DNA of 59,433 bases. Source: Clostridia bacterium (lineage in GTDB: Bacteria; Bacillota; Clostridia; TANB77; CAG-508). This document shows positions 7,649 through 18,232 of this stretch, piece after piece. Where the stretch lies: positions 1 to 59,433 of the forward strand of contig CAAEQN010000136.1 of NCBI GenBank assembly GCA_900758165.1, in the 5' to 3' direction. The translations under genes and the position numbers were made by a program. Under the pieces are notes generated by a model that worked only from the letters and a program-made list of their open reading frames with translations, had not been told where the DNA came from and ran no database searches. The number at the start of each line of letters is the position of its first letter. Position 1 is the stretch's first letter.

Positions 7649-8758
7649 ATGAAAAATTATTATTTTACATCAGAAAGTGTAACAGAAGGACATCCAGATA
7701 AAATATGCGATAGCATATCAGATGCTATATTAGATGAATGTTTAAAACAGGATAAAAATTCAAGAGTAGCAATTGAAACATTTGCTTCAAGTAGCACTAT
7801 CACAATAGCGGGACAAATAACATCTACGGCAAGGATAAAAATAGGAGAAATAGTTAGAGAAAGACTAAAAGAAATTGGCTATGATAATGAGTCAACAGAT
7901 ATAGACTATAGAACCTGCAAAATAAATGCTGATATAACAAAACAGAGTCCAGATATTGCATTAGGAGTAGATGTGGGTGGAGCTGGAGACCAAGGAATAA
8001 TGTTTGGCTATGCTTGTGATGAAACACCAAATTATATGCCTTATGCAATAGATATGGCACACAAGTTGTCTAAAAGATTAACTCAAGTTAGGAAAGAAAA
8101 TATAATTCCATATTTAAGACCAGATGGTAAAACTCAAGTAACTGTAGAATACGAAAACGACAGACCAAAAAGAATAGAAACAATATTAATTTCTACACAA
8201 CATTTAGAAACAGCTTCGCTAGAACAAATAAGAGAAGATATAAAAAAACATGTTATAAATATAGTTATTCCAAATAATATGATAGACGAAAATACTAAAA
8301 TATATATTAATCCAACAGGAAGATTTGTTATAGGGGGACCTCTTGGAGATACGGGATTAACAGGTAGAAAAATAATAGTCGATACATATGGAGGATATGC
8401 AAGACATGGTGGGGGAGCTTTTTCTGGAAAAGATGCAAGTAAAGTAGATAGATCAGCAGCATACATGCTTCGTCATATTGCAAAAAACATAGTAGCAAAT
8501 GGTTATGCAAAAAAATGCGAAATACAAGTATCTTATGCAATTGGAATGAAAGAACCTTTATCAATATATGTAAATACATTTGGAACAAGCCAAAAATCAG
8601 AAGAAGAATTAGTAGAATTAATCAAATCTAAATTCGACTTGACTCCAGATGGAATAATAGAATATTTACACTTAAAAGAGCCAATCTTTTCAAAAACAAC
8701 AAATTATGGACATTTTGGAAAAAATGGTTTACCTTGGGAAGAAATAATAAAAATGTAA
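7649..8758 (+). CDS. metK: S-adenosylmethionine synthetase
   Basis: [47 protein letters not shown]. Confidence 0.95.
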   Translation: MKNYYFTSESVTEGHPDKICDSISDAILDECLKQDKNSRVAIETFASSSTITIAGQITSTARIKIGEIVRERLKEIGYDNESTDIDYRTCKINADITKQSPDIALGVDVGGAGDQGIMFGYACDETPNYMPYAIDMAHKLSKRLTQVRKENIIPYLRPDGKTQVTVEYENDRPKRIETILISTQHLETASLEQIREDIKKHVINIVIPNNMIDENTKIYINPTGRFVIGGPLGDTGLTGRKIIVDTYGGYARHGGGAFSGKDASKVDRSAAYMLRHIAKNIVANGYAKKCEIQVSYAIGMKEPLSIYVNTFGTSQKSEEELVELIKSKFDLTPDGIIEYLHLKEPIFSKTTNYGHFGKNGLPWEEIIKM

Positions 8759-8861
8759 AACACAATATTTAAAACATATAAAAAATCTGCTATAAAAAGT
8801 TAATAGAAAATTAAATATTTTCAAAGAAGGGAGAGTATGATTAAAAATCATATAAAAAAAT

Positions 8862-9716
8862 ATGTATCAAATAATTGATGGAAAAGAACTTGCAAAAAAA
8901 ATAAGAGGAAACTTAAAAATAGAAAATGAAAAACTAATACAAAAAGGAATACAAGCTAAATTAGCAGTTATATTAGTTGGAAATGATAGTGCTTCTAAAA
9001 TATATGTAAAAAATAAAAGCAAAGCTTGTGTAGATGTTGGAATAGAATTTGAAGAAATACTGTTAGATGAATCAACTACAATGCAAAAATTATTAGACAT
9101 AATAGATAAATTAAACAATAGAAAAGACATAAACGGAATATTACTACAAAGTCCAATACCAAAAGGATTAAATATACAAGAAGCATTTGAAGAAATTGAT
9201 TATAGAAAAGATGTAGATGGGTTTAATCCTATAAATGTAGGTAAATTAATGATAGGACAAGATTGTTTTGTCTCATGTACTCCATTTGGAATCATAAAAA
9301 TGCTTGAAGAATATAATATACCAATAGAAGGGAAACATGCAGTTGTAATAGGAAGGAGCAACATTGTAGGCAAACCATTATCACAATGCTTATTAAATAA
9401 AAACGCAACAGTAACAATATGTCATTCTAGAACAAAAAATCTTGCTGAATACACAAAGACAGCAGACATATTAATAAGTGCAGTCGGAAAAGTAAATTTA
9501 GTAACAAAAGATATGGTAAAAGATGGTGCAACAGTTATAGATGTTGGAATGAATAGAGATGAAAAAGGAAAGCTAGTTGGAGATGTTGATTTTGAAAATG
9601 TAAAAGAAAAGGCAGCTTATATAACTCCGGTTCCAGGAGGAGTTGGACCAATGACAATAGCTATGCTTATGAACAATGTTATAAAAGCATGTAAAAAACA
9701 AAACAATATAGAGTAA
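8862..9716 (+). CDS. folD: Bifunctional methylenetetrahydrofolate dehydrogenase/cyclohydrolase
   Basis: IIDGKELAKKIR, VILVGNDSASKIYVKNK, VVIGRSNIVGKP, TPVPGGVGPMTIAML. Confidence 0.95.
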   Translation: MYQIIDGKELAKKIRGNLKIENEKLIQKGIQAKLAVILVGNDSASKIYVKNKSKACVDVGIEFEEILLDESTTMQKLLDIIDKLNNRKDINGILLQSPIPKGLNIQEAFEEIDYRKDVDGFNPINVGKLMIGQDCFVSCTPFGIIKMLEEYNIPIEGKHAVVIGRSNIVGKPLSQCLLNKNATVTICHSRTKNLAEYTKTADILISAVGKVNLVTKDMVKDGATVIDVGMNRDEKGKLVGDVDFENVKEKAAYITPVPGGVGPMTIAMLMNNVIKACKKQNNIE

Positions 9717-9774
9717 AAAACATAAATTAAAATATGAAATGATAATTAAAAAAGGTAATTGAAAATAATATTAA

Positions 9775-9822
9775 AAATAGGGATATAAAGCAATAAAAAT
9801 TGCTTTTATTCCTATTTTTATT
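9775..9822 (+). terminator. Probable rho-independent terminator after folD
   Basis: Imperfect hairpin AAAATAGGGATATAAAGCAA / TTGCTTTTATTCCTATTTT followed by a T run. Confidence 0.45.
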
Positions 9823-9934
9823 TAAGTTGATAGCATTTGATAATTGAAAAACACCAAATTATATTTTTAGTTTAAAAACTTAATTTAAATATTACAAATA
9901 TAAAGAACAAATATAAAGAGAAAGGATTTTATGA

Positions 9935-10792
9935 ATGGAAAATTTAAAAGAAAATAAATACTATATATGGTTTTCGAGTCTTGACAAAATAAGCTTAAAA
10001 GATAAGATAATGTTACTAAAAAAATATAATACTCCAGAAGAAATATTTTACAAAGCAGAAAAAGATTTAATTGTAGATGATCAGGAAAAAAGAAATATCA
10101 ATGAATTAATAGAAAAAATGGATAAAATGAATATCAAAGTAATAACATATAAAGATGATGAATATCCGGATAAGTTAAAGCAAATATATGATTTTCCAAT
10201 TTGCTTGTATTGTAAAGGAAATTTAGAAATATTAAACACAATTAATAGAAATAAAATTGCAATTATAGGATGTAGAGAATATAGCAATTATGGTAAAAAA
10301 GTAACAGATTTTTTTGCTTATAATTTGGCTAAAAGAAACTTTACAATAGTAAGTGGAGGAGCAAGAGGAATAGATTCTTTTGCACATTTAGGCTCAATAA
10401 ATGCAAAGAAAGGGACTATATCAGTATTAGGAAATGGTTTGGATTATATATACCCACCAGAAAACAGAGAACTAGAAGAGAAAATTATTCAAAATAATGG
10501 GCTAATTATTTCGGAGTATATAGTAGGAACAAGACCAAGTAAATATACTTTTCCAGCCAGAAATAGAATAATAAGTGCTATATCAGATGGCGTTTTGGTA
10601 GTAGAAGCAAAACAAAGAAGTGGAACTCTAATTACTGTAGATTTTGCTTTAGAGCAGGGCAAAAATATATATGTAATACCAGGAAATATAGATGCTTTAA
10701 ATTCTGTAGGAACAAATGAATTAATTAAACAAGGAGCAAAAGTGGTTACTAAAATAGAAGATATTTTAGAAGACTTTAAATCTAAAATTTAA
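9935..10792 (+). CDS. dprA: DNA-processing protein DprA (Smf)
   Basis: IAIIGCREYSNYGK, SGGARGIDSFAH, FPARNRIISAISDGVLVVEAKQRSGTLIT. Confidence 0.85.
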   Translation: MENLKENKYYIWFSSLDKISLKDKIMLLKKYNTPEEIFYKAEKDLIVDDQEKRNINELIEKMDKMNIKVITYKDDEYPDKLKQIYDFPICLYCKGNLEILNTINRNKIAIIGCREYSNYGKKVTDFFAYNLAKRNFTIVSGGARGIDSFAHLGSINAKKGTISVLGNGLDYIYPPENRELEEKIIQNNGLIISEYIVGTRPSKYTFPARNRIISAISDGVLVVEAKQRSGTLITVDFALEQGKNIYVIPGNIDALNSVGTNELIKQGAKVVTKIEDILEDFKSKI

Positions 10793-10902
10793 ATAAAAAT
10801 TTGCAATTTTAAATTATTTTAACAAAAAAGCTTTTACTTTTACTTGATATGTAATATAATGTTAGGGTAAATAAATATAGGGATATAAGGAGGATTATTC
10901 TT

Positions 10903-13536
10903 ATGAATAAACCAAATAAAAGAAGCAATAACAATAAAAGAAATAATGGCAAAAGGGTTTTAAATGAAAGAGACAATAATAATAAAAACAAAAAGAAAAA
11001 CTTTTGGAAAAAACATCACAAATTAGCAGTATTTCTTAAAGCACTAATTGCTATAATGCTATTACTTTTCATAATAGGAGCTGGAGTAGTTATTGCAATA
11101 TTTAATAGTGATAAATGGAGCATGACTAACAAAGACTTAACATTTAAAAGCATAAATACAGTATTGTGTGATAAAGATGGAAATGAAATTGCTGATGTTT
11201 CAGGATTAGAGAAAAGAAAAGTTATACCATTAAGTGAGATTCCTAAAAATCTTAAAGATGCATATATATCTATAGAAGATGAAAGATTTTACTCTCATAA
11301 AGGTGTAGATATAAAAAGGACTACAGCAGCAACAGTTAAATACATATTAAATGGTGGAAAATCATCTTATGGTGGTGGAAGTACCATTACACAACAACTT
11401 ATAAAAAACCTTAAACAAGAAAAAGACAATTCCGGATTAAAAGGTGTTCAAAGAAAAATAAGAGAAATGTCAAGAGCCTATAAATTGGAGAAAAAACTTT
11501 CTAAAGATCAAATATTAGAATTGTATTTTAACTTAATATTTATGGGATCAGATATACATGGAGTAGCACTTGGTTCTCAATACTACTTTAATAAACCAGT
11601 CCAAGAGTTAGACTTGGCAGAATGCGCATTCCTAGCAGGAATAAACAATTCACCTAATAGTTATAATCCTTTTGAAGGAGAAGATCATTCTGATTTAATA
11701 AAAAGAAGAACAAAAACTGTTTTAGGAAAAATGAAACAATTAGGTAAAATTTCAGAAGAAGAATATAACACTGCAAAAGCTGAAGTAGAAGCCGGGTTAA
11801 AATTTGAAAAAGGAGATACTAGCTCAAATGTATCAATGTCTTATTTAGCAAGAGCAGCTTTAAACCAAGTTATAAGCCAATACGCAGAAGAAAATGATTT
11901 AGATTATAAAACAGCAAGTACATTTATAGAAAGCGGAGGATACAAAATATATACTACTCAAGATACAGGAATACAATCTAAAATGGAAGAAGTATATAGA
12001 AGTGATGATTACGTATTTTCTGGTAGACAAAAAGATAGTGACGGCAATTTATACAATAACCATACTCAATCTGCAATGGTAATAATAGATCACAAAACAG
12101 GTAAAGTTGTAGGATGTATGGGTGGACTTGGTACAGACGTGGATTCTAATGGTATAAATAGGGCGACTCAAACTAAAAGACAACCAGGTTCTTCGATGAA
12201 ACCAATAGCTTCTATTGCACCTGCATTAGAAAACGGAATTATTACAGCATCAACAGTATATGACGAATCATCAACATATTTTGGAAACTATAATCCAACA
12301 AGTTCTAAAAGAGGACTAATTACAGTAAGAAAAGCAATAGAAATATCTGCAAATACAACAGAAGTAAAAATAATATCAGAACTTGGACCAGCAAAATCAA
12401 TAGAATTTTTAAGAAAAATGGGAGTAACATCTCTTGTAACAGCAAAAGAAAATCCAGAACATAATGATGAAAATCTACCTATGGTATTAGGAGGACTAAC
12501 ATATGGTATATCTCCATTAGAAATGGCAGGAGCTTATGCAACAATAGCAAATGATGGTGTATATATAAAACCAACATTCTACACAAAAGTAGAGGATTCT
12601 TCTGGTAATGTAATATTAGAACCTAAACAAGAAAAAACAAGAGTAATGTCTGAAGCAAATGCATATATAGAGAAAAGTATATTAACAGGACCAACTTCAG
12701 GTGGAGAAGGAACAGCTCCATATTGTAAGATTTCTGGACACGATACTGGCGGAAAAACAGGAACAACTTCAGACAACGTAGATAGATGGTTCTGTGGATT
12801 TACATCATATTATACAGCGGCAACTTGGTACGGATATGATAATAACAGAAAACAAGAACCATTACAAGGTCAAGCAAATGCAAGCAATAAAGCAGCAAGA
12901 ATTTGGGCACAAATTATGAAAGGAATACATAAGGATTTAGAAAGTTCTAAATTTGAGAAACCAAGCAATGTAGTAACTGCAACCATTTGTTTAGATTCAG
13001 GAAAAGTTGCAACAGAAGCATGTAGTAGAACATATACAGAATATTTTGTAAAAGGAACTGTACCTAGTGAATGTGAAGGACATCAAAAGGTAACAATATG
13101 TACAGAAACAGGGAAAATAGCTACAGAGAATTGTCCTAATACAGAGGAAAAAATATATACAAAGAAACCAGAGAAAGAAGACACTACATTGTGGAAAACA
13201 GCAGATAATGGTAAATATGATGTTCCTACAGAGGTTTGCGATGTGCACACAAAGAAAGAAATAAAAGTACCAAATGTAGTAGGAAAGACTAAAGATGAAG
13301 CTATGCAAATATTAAAAGATTTAGGATTAACTGTTACAGTCGAAACTAAAGTCTCAACAAGTAATGAAGGAACAGTTTTATCTCAAAGCAAAAAAGAAGG
13401 AACAACAGTATATAAAGGTGATAATATAACAATAGTAGTAGCAAAAAAAGGAACTGATAAAAATCCAAAGCCAGATGTAAACGAAATTGTAAAACCAATA
13501 GAAAATATTATAGATAGTATACAAGAACACTTTTAA
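10903..13536 (+). CDS. Class A penicillin-binding protein (glycosyltransferase GT51 plus transpeptidase) with a C-terminal PASTA domain
   Basis: Lys/Asn-rich cytoplasmic tail and one transmembrane helix, then EDERFYSHKGVD and GGSTITQQL (GT51), SSMKP (SxxK), an SxN/KTG-type motif (GKTGTT) and a PASTA-like VPNVVGKTKDEAMQILKDLGL. Confidence 0.9.
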   Translation: MNKPNKRSNNNKRNNGKRVLNERDNNNKNKKKNFWKKHHKLAVFLKALIAIMLLLFIIGAGVVIAIFNSDKWSMTNKDLTFKSINTVLCDKDGNEIADVSGLEKRKVIPLSEIPKNLKDAYISIEDERFYSHKGVDIKRTTAATVKYILNGGKSSYGGGSTITQQLIKNLKQEKDNSGLKGVQRKIREMSRAYKLEKKLSKDQILELYFNLIFMGSDIHGVALGSQYYFNKPVQELDLAECAFLAGINNSPNSYNPFEGEDHSDLIKRRTKTVLGKMKQLGKISEEEYNTAKAEVEAGLKFEKGDTSSNVSMSYLARAALNQVISQYAEENDLDYKTASTFIESGGYKIYTTQDTGIQSKMEEVYRSDDYVFSGRQKDSDGNLYNNHTQSAMVIIDHKTGKVVGCMGGLGTDVDSNGINRATQTKRQPGSSMKPIASIAPALENGIITASTVYDESSTYFGNYNPTSSKRGLITVRKAIEISANTTEVKIISELGPAKSIEFLRKMGVTSLVTAKENPEHNDENLPMVLGGLTYGISPLEMAGAYATIANDGVYIKPTFYTKVEDSSGNVILEPKQEKTRVMSEANAYIEKSILTGPTSGGEGTAPYCKISGHDTGGKTGTTSDNVDRWFCGFTSYYTAATWYGYDNNRKQEPLQGQANASNKAARIWAQIMKGIHKDLESSKFEKPSNVVTATICLDSGKVATEACSRTYTEYFVKGTVPSECEGHQKVTICTETGKIATENCPNTEEKIYTKKPEKEDTTLWKTADNGKYDVPTEVCDVHTKKEIKVPNVVGKTKDEAMQILKDLGLTVTVETKVSTSNEGTVLSQSKKEGTTVYKGDNITIVVAKKGTDKNPKPDVNEIVKPIENIIDSIQEHF

Positions 13537-13560
13537 ATTAAAATAAAGGAGAATTTTTAT

Positions 13561-14985
13561 ATGGATTTGATTTTTTATAACACACTTACAAGAAAAAAGG
13601 AAAAATTCAACTCTATAGAAAAAAACAAAGTAAGGATGTATAGTTGTGGACCTACGGTCTACAGCTATGCACATATAGGAAACTTTAGAGCTTACATTTT
13701 TATGGATACATTAAGAAGAGTTTTAAAATATAATGGATATACATTAAAACATGTAATGAACATAACAGATGTAGGACATTTAGAGTCTGATGCAGATGAG
13801 GGCGAAGACAAAATGGAGAAAGCTGCAAGAAAAGAAAATAAAAACCCTTATGAAATTGCAGAATTTTACACAAAAGTATTCCTAGAAGATATGGCAAAAC
13901 TAAATATAGATAGACCAGAAATAATTACTAAAGCTACAGAAAATATAGAGCAAATGATTGAATATGTTAAAGAAATAATAAAAAATGGTTATGCTTATGA
14001 AACCAGTAAAGGAATATATTTTGACATTTCAAAATTAGACAAATATCCAGTATTATCAAATAGATGTTTAGATGAACAAATAGCAGGAGCAAGAGTTGAT
14101 GTTGATCCAGAGAAAAGAAATCCTTATGATTTTGCCCTTTGGATTAAAGCACCAGAAAATCATATTATGAAATGGGAAAGCCCTTGGGGACTTTCATATC
14201 CAGGTTGGCATTTAGAGTGCTCTACAATGGGAAGAAGATTTTTAGGAGAAGAATTTGATATTCACACAGGAGGTATTGATCACATTCCGACACATCATGA
14301 AAATGAAATAGCACAGGCAAAAGGAGCTACTGGAAAAATACCTGCAAGAACATGGATGCACTGTGAATATTTACAAGTAGATGGCGGAAAGATGTCTAAA
14401 AGTCTAGGAAATGTATATACAATATCTCAATTGCAAGAAAAAGGAATAGCTCCACTTGCATTTAAGCTATTTTGCTTTACAGCTCATTATAGAAACAAAT
14501 TAAACTTTACATTTGAAGGGGCTTTTGGAGCACAAAAAGCTTTAGAAAGACTTTATGATGGATACTTAAAAAATAAAGAACAAAAAGAAGATATACCTGA
14601 TAGCCTAATACAAGAATACAAAGAAAAATTTACATCTTATATAAATGATGATATGAATATGCCTGGAGCTATGAGTATTGTTTGGGAAGTTGCTAGAAAC
14701 CCTAAAAAGTCAAATAAATTTGCAGAGTTATTATTGGACTTTGATAAAGTATTAGGTTTAGATATTAAAAATTCAGAAAAATACTTATCTGAATTCAAAA
14801 AAATGAATGAAACTGATGAAATTCCAGAAGAAATAAATAAGTTAGTAGAAGAAAGAAAACAAGCTAGGGAAGATAAAGATTGGAAAAAATCGGATAAAAT
14901 TAGAGATTTAATAATTAGCAAAGGATATAGCATAAAAGATACTAAAGATGGAATAATACTAAAAAAGGAAAAAAATTCTATATAA
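13561..14985 (+). CDS. cysS: Cysteine--tRNA ligase
   Basis: MYSCGPTVYSYAHIGN (HIGH motif), GGIDHIPTHHENEIAQ, KMSKSLGN. Confidence 0.95.
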   Translation: MDLIFYNTLTRKKEKFNSIEKNKVRMYSCGPTVYSYAHIGNFRAYIFMDTLRRVLKYNGYTLKHVMNITDVGHLESDADEGEDKMEKAARKENKNPYEIAEFYTKVFLEDMAKLNIDRPEIITKATENIEQMIEYVKEIIKNGYAYETSKGIYFDISKLDKYPVLSNRCLDEQIAGARVDVDPEKRNPYDFALWIKAPENHIMKWESPWGLSYPGWHLECSTMGRRFLGEEFDIHTGGIDHIPTHHENEIAQAKGATGKIPARTWMHCEYLQVDGGKMSKSLGNVYTISQLQEKGIAPLAFKLFCFTAHYRNKLNFTFEGAFGAQKALERLYDGYLKNKEQKEDIPDSLIQEYKEKFTSYINDDMNMPGAMSIVWEVARNPKKSNKFAELLLDFDKVLGLDIKNSEKYLSEFKKMNETDEIPEEINKLVEERKQAREDKDWKKSDKIRDLIISKGYSIKDTKDGIILKKEKNSI

Positions 14986-15045
14986 ATCCTGTATAATTTA
15001 ATTATGAAAAATTATTATATAAAATTTTAAAAGGAGAATTATATA

Positions 15046-16173
15046 ATGCCAGAAAATAATGAAAAACCAAAAGTAAATAATAATATTAACAAAGATAAAA
15101 TAAAAAATGAAAATAAAAATATAAAAAAAGAAGGATTCTTTAAAAAAGTATTAAAAAGCGTAAAAAATTTTGAAAAATATGAAGATTTTGGATTAGAAGG
15201 ACTTGGAAAAACCACAATCTATCTATTGCAAATTGTAGCAGTGTTTACTTTAATAATAGCTATAATGACAGTATATAAATTCTCCAACACTTTAAATAAT
15301 ACAATAAGTTATTTAAAAAACAACATAGAAACATTTTCATACGAAAATGGAATTTTAGAAATAAATTCCAATGAAAAATTAGAAACTGAAGAAAGTATTA
15401 ATGATTTTAGAAGTAAAATAATAATAGATACTTCAGAATTAACAACAGAAGGACTACAAAAATATAAAGAAGATATTTCAAAAGAGCAAAATGGAATAAT
15501 TGTATTAAGAGATAAAGTTTTAATAAAAAACGATACGTTAACAGACATAACAGAAATACCTTATAATGAATTAACATCTAAATATAATATAACAACAATG
15601 GACAAACAGACAATGTTACAATATCTAGAAGACAGTAAAGCAAAAATATATACAGCAATATTTATAACAATATATTTATGCATGTTTGGATTATATTTCA
15701 TAAGTATTCTATTAGATGCACTTGTTTTAGGACTAATAGGATATATTATAGCAAAAATCACAAGAGTAACAATAAAATTCATGTCAACGTTTAGTATGGG
15801 AGTACATGCACTTACTTTACCAATTATTTTAAATATGTTATATGTGATATTAAACGGATTTACTGGATTTACAGTAAAATACTTCCAATTCATGTATAAC
15901 ACAATTTCATTTATTTATATAATAACAGCAATATTTATAATTAAATCTGATTATATAAAAAGAGATGCAGAAGTACAAAAAATAAGATCTGAACAGGAAA
16001 TAGTAAGGGCACAAATAGAAGCAGAAAAACAAAAACAAGAAGATGAAGAAGCAAAGAGAAGAGACGAGAAGGAAAGAAAAGAGCAAAAAAAGAAAGAAAA
16101 AGATAAGAACAAAAAAGAAGAACCATCAAATATACCAGACATAGGAGAAAAACCAGAAGGAAGTAACGTGTAA
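15046..16173 (+). CDS. Polytopic membrane protein (DUF1189-like) with a Lys/Glu-rich C-terminal tail
   Basis: Good SD. Several hydrophobic helices flank a soluble insert. The C-terminus is charged low-complexity sequence. The family call is by resemblance only. Confidence 0.5.
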   Translation: MPENNEKPKVNNNINKDKIKNENKNIKKEGFFKKVLKSVKNFEKYEDFGLEGLGKTTIYLLQIVAVFTLIIAIMTVYKFSNTLNNTISYLKNNIETFSYENGILEINSNEKLETEESINDFRSKIIIDTSELTTEGLQKYKEDISKEQNGIIVLRDKVLIKNDTLTDITEIPYNELTSKYNITTMDKQTMLQYLEDSKAKIYTAIFITIYLCMFGLYFISILLDALVLGLIGYIIAKITRVTIKFMSTFSMGVHALTLPIILNMLYVILNGFTGFTVKYFQFMYNTISFIYIITAIFIIKSDYIKRDAEVQKIRSEQEIVRAQIEAEKQKQEDEEAKRRDEKERKEQKKKEKDKNKKEEPSNIPDIGEKPEGSNV

Positions 16174-16205
16174 CAGATAATTGATTTTGAAAGGAGAAAA
16201 AATAA

Positions 16206-18038
16206 TTGGACAGTAAAGAAAGCAATAAAAAAGAAAATAGAAATGATAAAGACAAAAACAAGAAAATTATATTAATAGCCTTAATAGTAATACTATCTAC
16301 AGCTATAGTCTTTACTATAACATTTGGAATAATAAAAAATAATAATAAAGAAGATACAATAAAAGAAGATGAAATATCATATACAGAATTAATAAAACAA
16401 ATAGATGATGGTAATGTAGAAAAAATTAAAATGACTGTTGGAAGCACTTCTGTAAAAGTAACTTTAAAAGGCGAAGAAGAACCTAAAAAAGGTATTGTCC
16501 CAAGCACTCAAGCATTTGTGGAGCTAGTTCAAGAAAAAGTTCAAGATGGTAACAATATAGAATTAGTACAAGTTAAACCAAGTGTATTTGTTACTATAGG
16601 AGATAAAGCATTTACTTTATTACCAACAGCTTTAATGATAGTACTATTTGTTTTATTAATCCAAATGCAAGGATTAGGAGGCAAAGGGAAAGTATATGAT
16701 CCTTCAGAAGAAGATGTAAAAACAAGTTTCGAAGATGTTGCTGGATTAGATGAAGAAAAACAAGAAATGATTGAAATAGTAAACTTTTTAAAAAATCCAG
16801 ATGAATTTTATAAAATGGGAGCTAAAATTCCAAAAGGAGTTTTACTTTGCGGACAACCAGGAACTGGTAAAACATTAATAGCAAAAGCTATTGCAGGAGA
16901 AGCAGATGTGCCATTTATATCAATGAGTGGTTCAGAATTTTCTGAAATGTTTGCAGGACTTGGAGCTTCAAGAGTAAGAAAATTATTCGAAAAAGCTAAA
17001 AAACTAGCACCTTCAATTATATTTATAGACGAAATAGATGCCATAGGATCAAAGAGAACAGATGCGACTACTGCGGCAGATGCGGATAACAACCAAACTT
17101 TAAATCAATTATTAGTAGAAATGGATGGATTTGATTCAGACCATACAGTAATATTACTTGCTGCTACAAACAGACCAGAACTATTAGATCAAGCTTTATT
17201 AAGACCAGGAAGATTTGATAGAAGAATAACAATAGGACTACCAGATATGAATGGCAGAGAAGCAATACTAAAGATACATGCTAAAGATAAAAAATTAGCA
17301 GATGAAGTAGATTTAAAAGCAATTGCAGGTGATACAGCAGGATTTACCGGAGCAGAATTAGAAAACATATTAAATGAAGCTGCAATAATAGCTACGATAA
17401 AGAAAGAAAATGCTATAACAAATAAAGATATAGATGATGCGTTAAAGAAAGTAACTGTTGGAGTAGAAAAACACAGTAGAATTATGTCTGATAAAGATAA
17501 AAAATTAACAGCATATCATGAAGCTGGACATGCAATAGTAAGTAGATTTTTAGAGACACAAAAAGATATTAAAGAGGTATCTATAATTCCTAGAGGAGTT
17601 GCTGGTGGATATACAATGTATAAGACCAATGAAGATAAATATTATATTTCTAAAACAGAGATGTTAGAAAAACTAATAGCATTATTAGGAGGAAGAGCAG
17701 CAGAAAAAATAATACTAAACGATATTTCTACTGGTGCGAGCAACGATTTAGAAGTGGCAACAGATGTAGCTAAAAAGATGGTTACAATATATGGAATGAG
17801 CGAAGAGATAGGACCTATTAGCATAGATATAGAAAAAGATCCATATCAAATGCAGTTATTTGGAGAAAATATAGAAAATGCCATAGGGCAAGAAGTAAAA
17901 ATGTTAATAGATAATGCATATATGCAAGCTCAAGGCATATTAATGCAACATATAGACAAGTTACATGAATTAGCAGCATTATTAATACAAAAAGAAGTCA
18001 TATCAGCAAAAGAATTTGAACAATTGTTTAGTAATTAA
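16206..18038 (+). CDS. ftsH: ATP-dependent zinc metalloprotease FtsH (membrane-anchored; TTG start)
   Basis: Two N-terminal hydrophobic segments, GQPGTGKTLIAKAIAGE, IIFIDEIDAIG, the second region of homology (ATNRPELLDQALLRPGRFDR), and HEAGHAIV in the M41 domain. Confidence 0.95.
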   Translation: MDSKESNKKENRNDKDKNKKIILIALIVILSTAIVFTITFGIIKNNNKEDTIKEDEISYTELIKQIDDGNVEKIKMTVGSTSVKVTLKGEEEPKKGIVPSTQAFVELVQEKVQDGNNIELVQVKPSVFVTIGDKAFTLLPTALMIVLFVLLIQMQGLGGKGKVYDPSEEDVKTSFEDVAGLDEEKQEMIEIVNFLKNPDEFYKMGAKIPKGVLLCGQPGTGKTLIAKAIAGEADVPFISMSGSEFSEMFAGLGASRVRKLFEKAKKLAPSIIFIDEIDAIGSKRTDATTAADADNNQTLNQLLVEMDGFDSDHTVILLAATNRPELLDQALLRPGRFDRRITIGLPDMNGREAILKIHAKDKKLADEVDLKAIAGDTAGFTGAELENILNEAAIIATIKKENAITNKDIDDALKKVTVGVEKHSRIMSDKDKKLTAYHEAGHAIVSRFLETQKDIKEVSIIPRGVAGGYTMYKTNEDKYYISKTEMLEKLIALLGGRAAEKIILNDISTGASNDLEVATDVAKKMVTIYGMSEEIGPISIDIEKDPYQMQLFGENIENAIGQEVKMLIDNAYMQAQGILMQHIDKLHELAALLIQKEVISAKEFEQLFSN

Positions 18039-18079
18039 ATTTGAATTTAAATTTAATAAAAAAGAAAAATAAATTAAAT

Positions 18080-18131
18080 AACAGATTTATATTCTAGGGG
18101 GATTTTTCTTTAAAATATAAATCTGTTTTAG
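18080..18131. terminator. Bidirectional terminator between the convergent ftsH gene and ger operon
   Basis: Perfect 13-bp stem AACAGATTTATAT (18080-18092) / ATATAAATCTGTT (18115-18127) followed by a T run. Confidence 0.7.
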
Positions 18132-18232
18132 TATATAAAAATACAATTAATATAATCTCAAGTAAACATAGTAGGATTGATTAAATATAATAAATGGAAT
18201 CAAAGCAAACATAATAATAAATTTATGAGATT

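Noticed and set aside
13537-13560. Possible T-box leader upstream of cysS.
   Set aside because: Only 24 nt separate the PBP stop from the cysS start. cysS is probably co-transcribed, and there is no room for a T-box.
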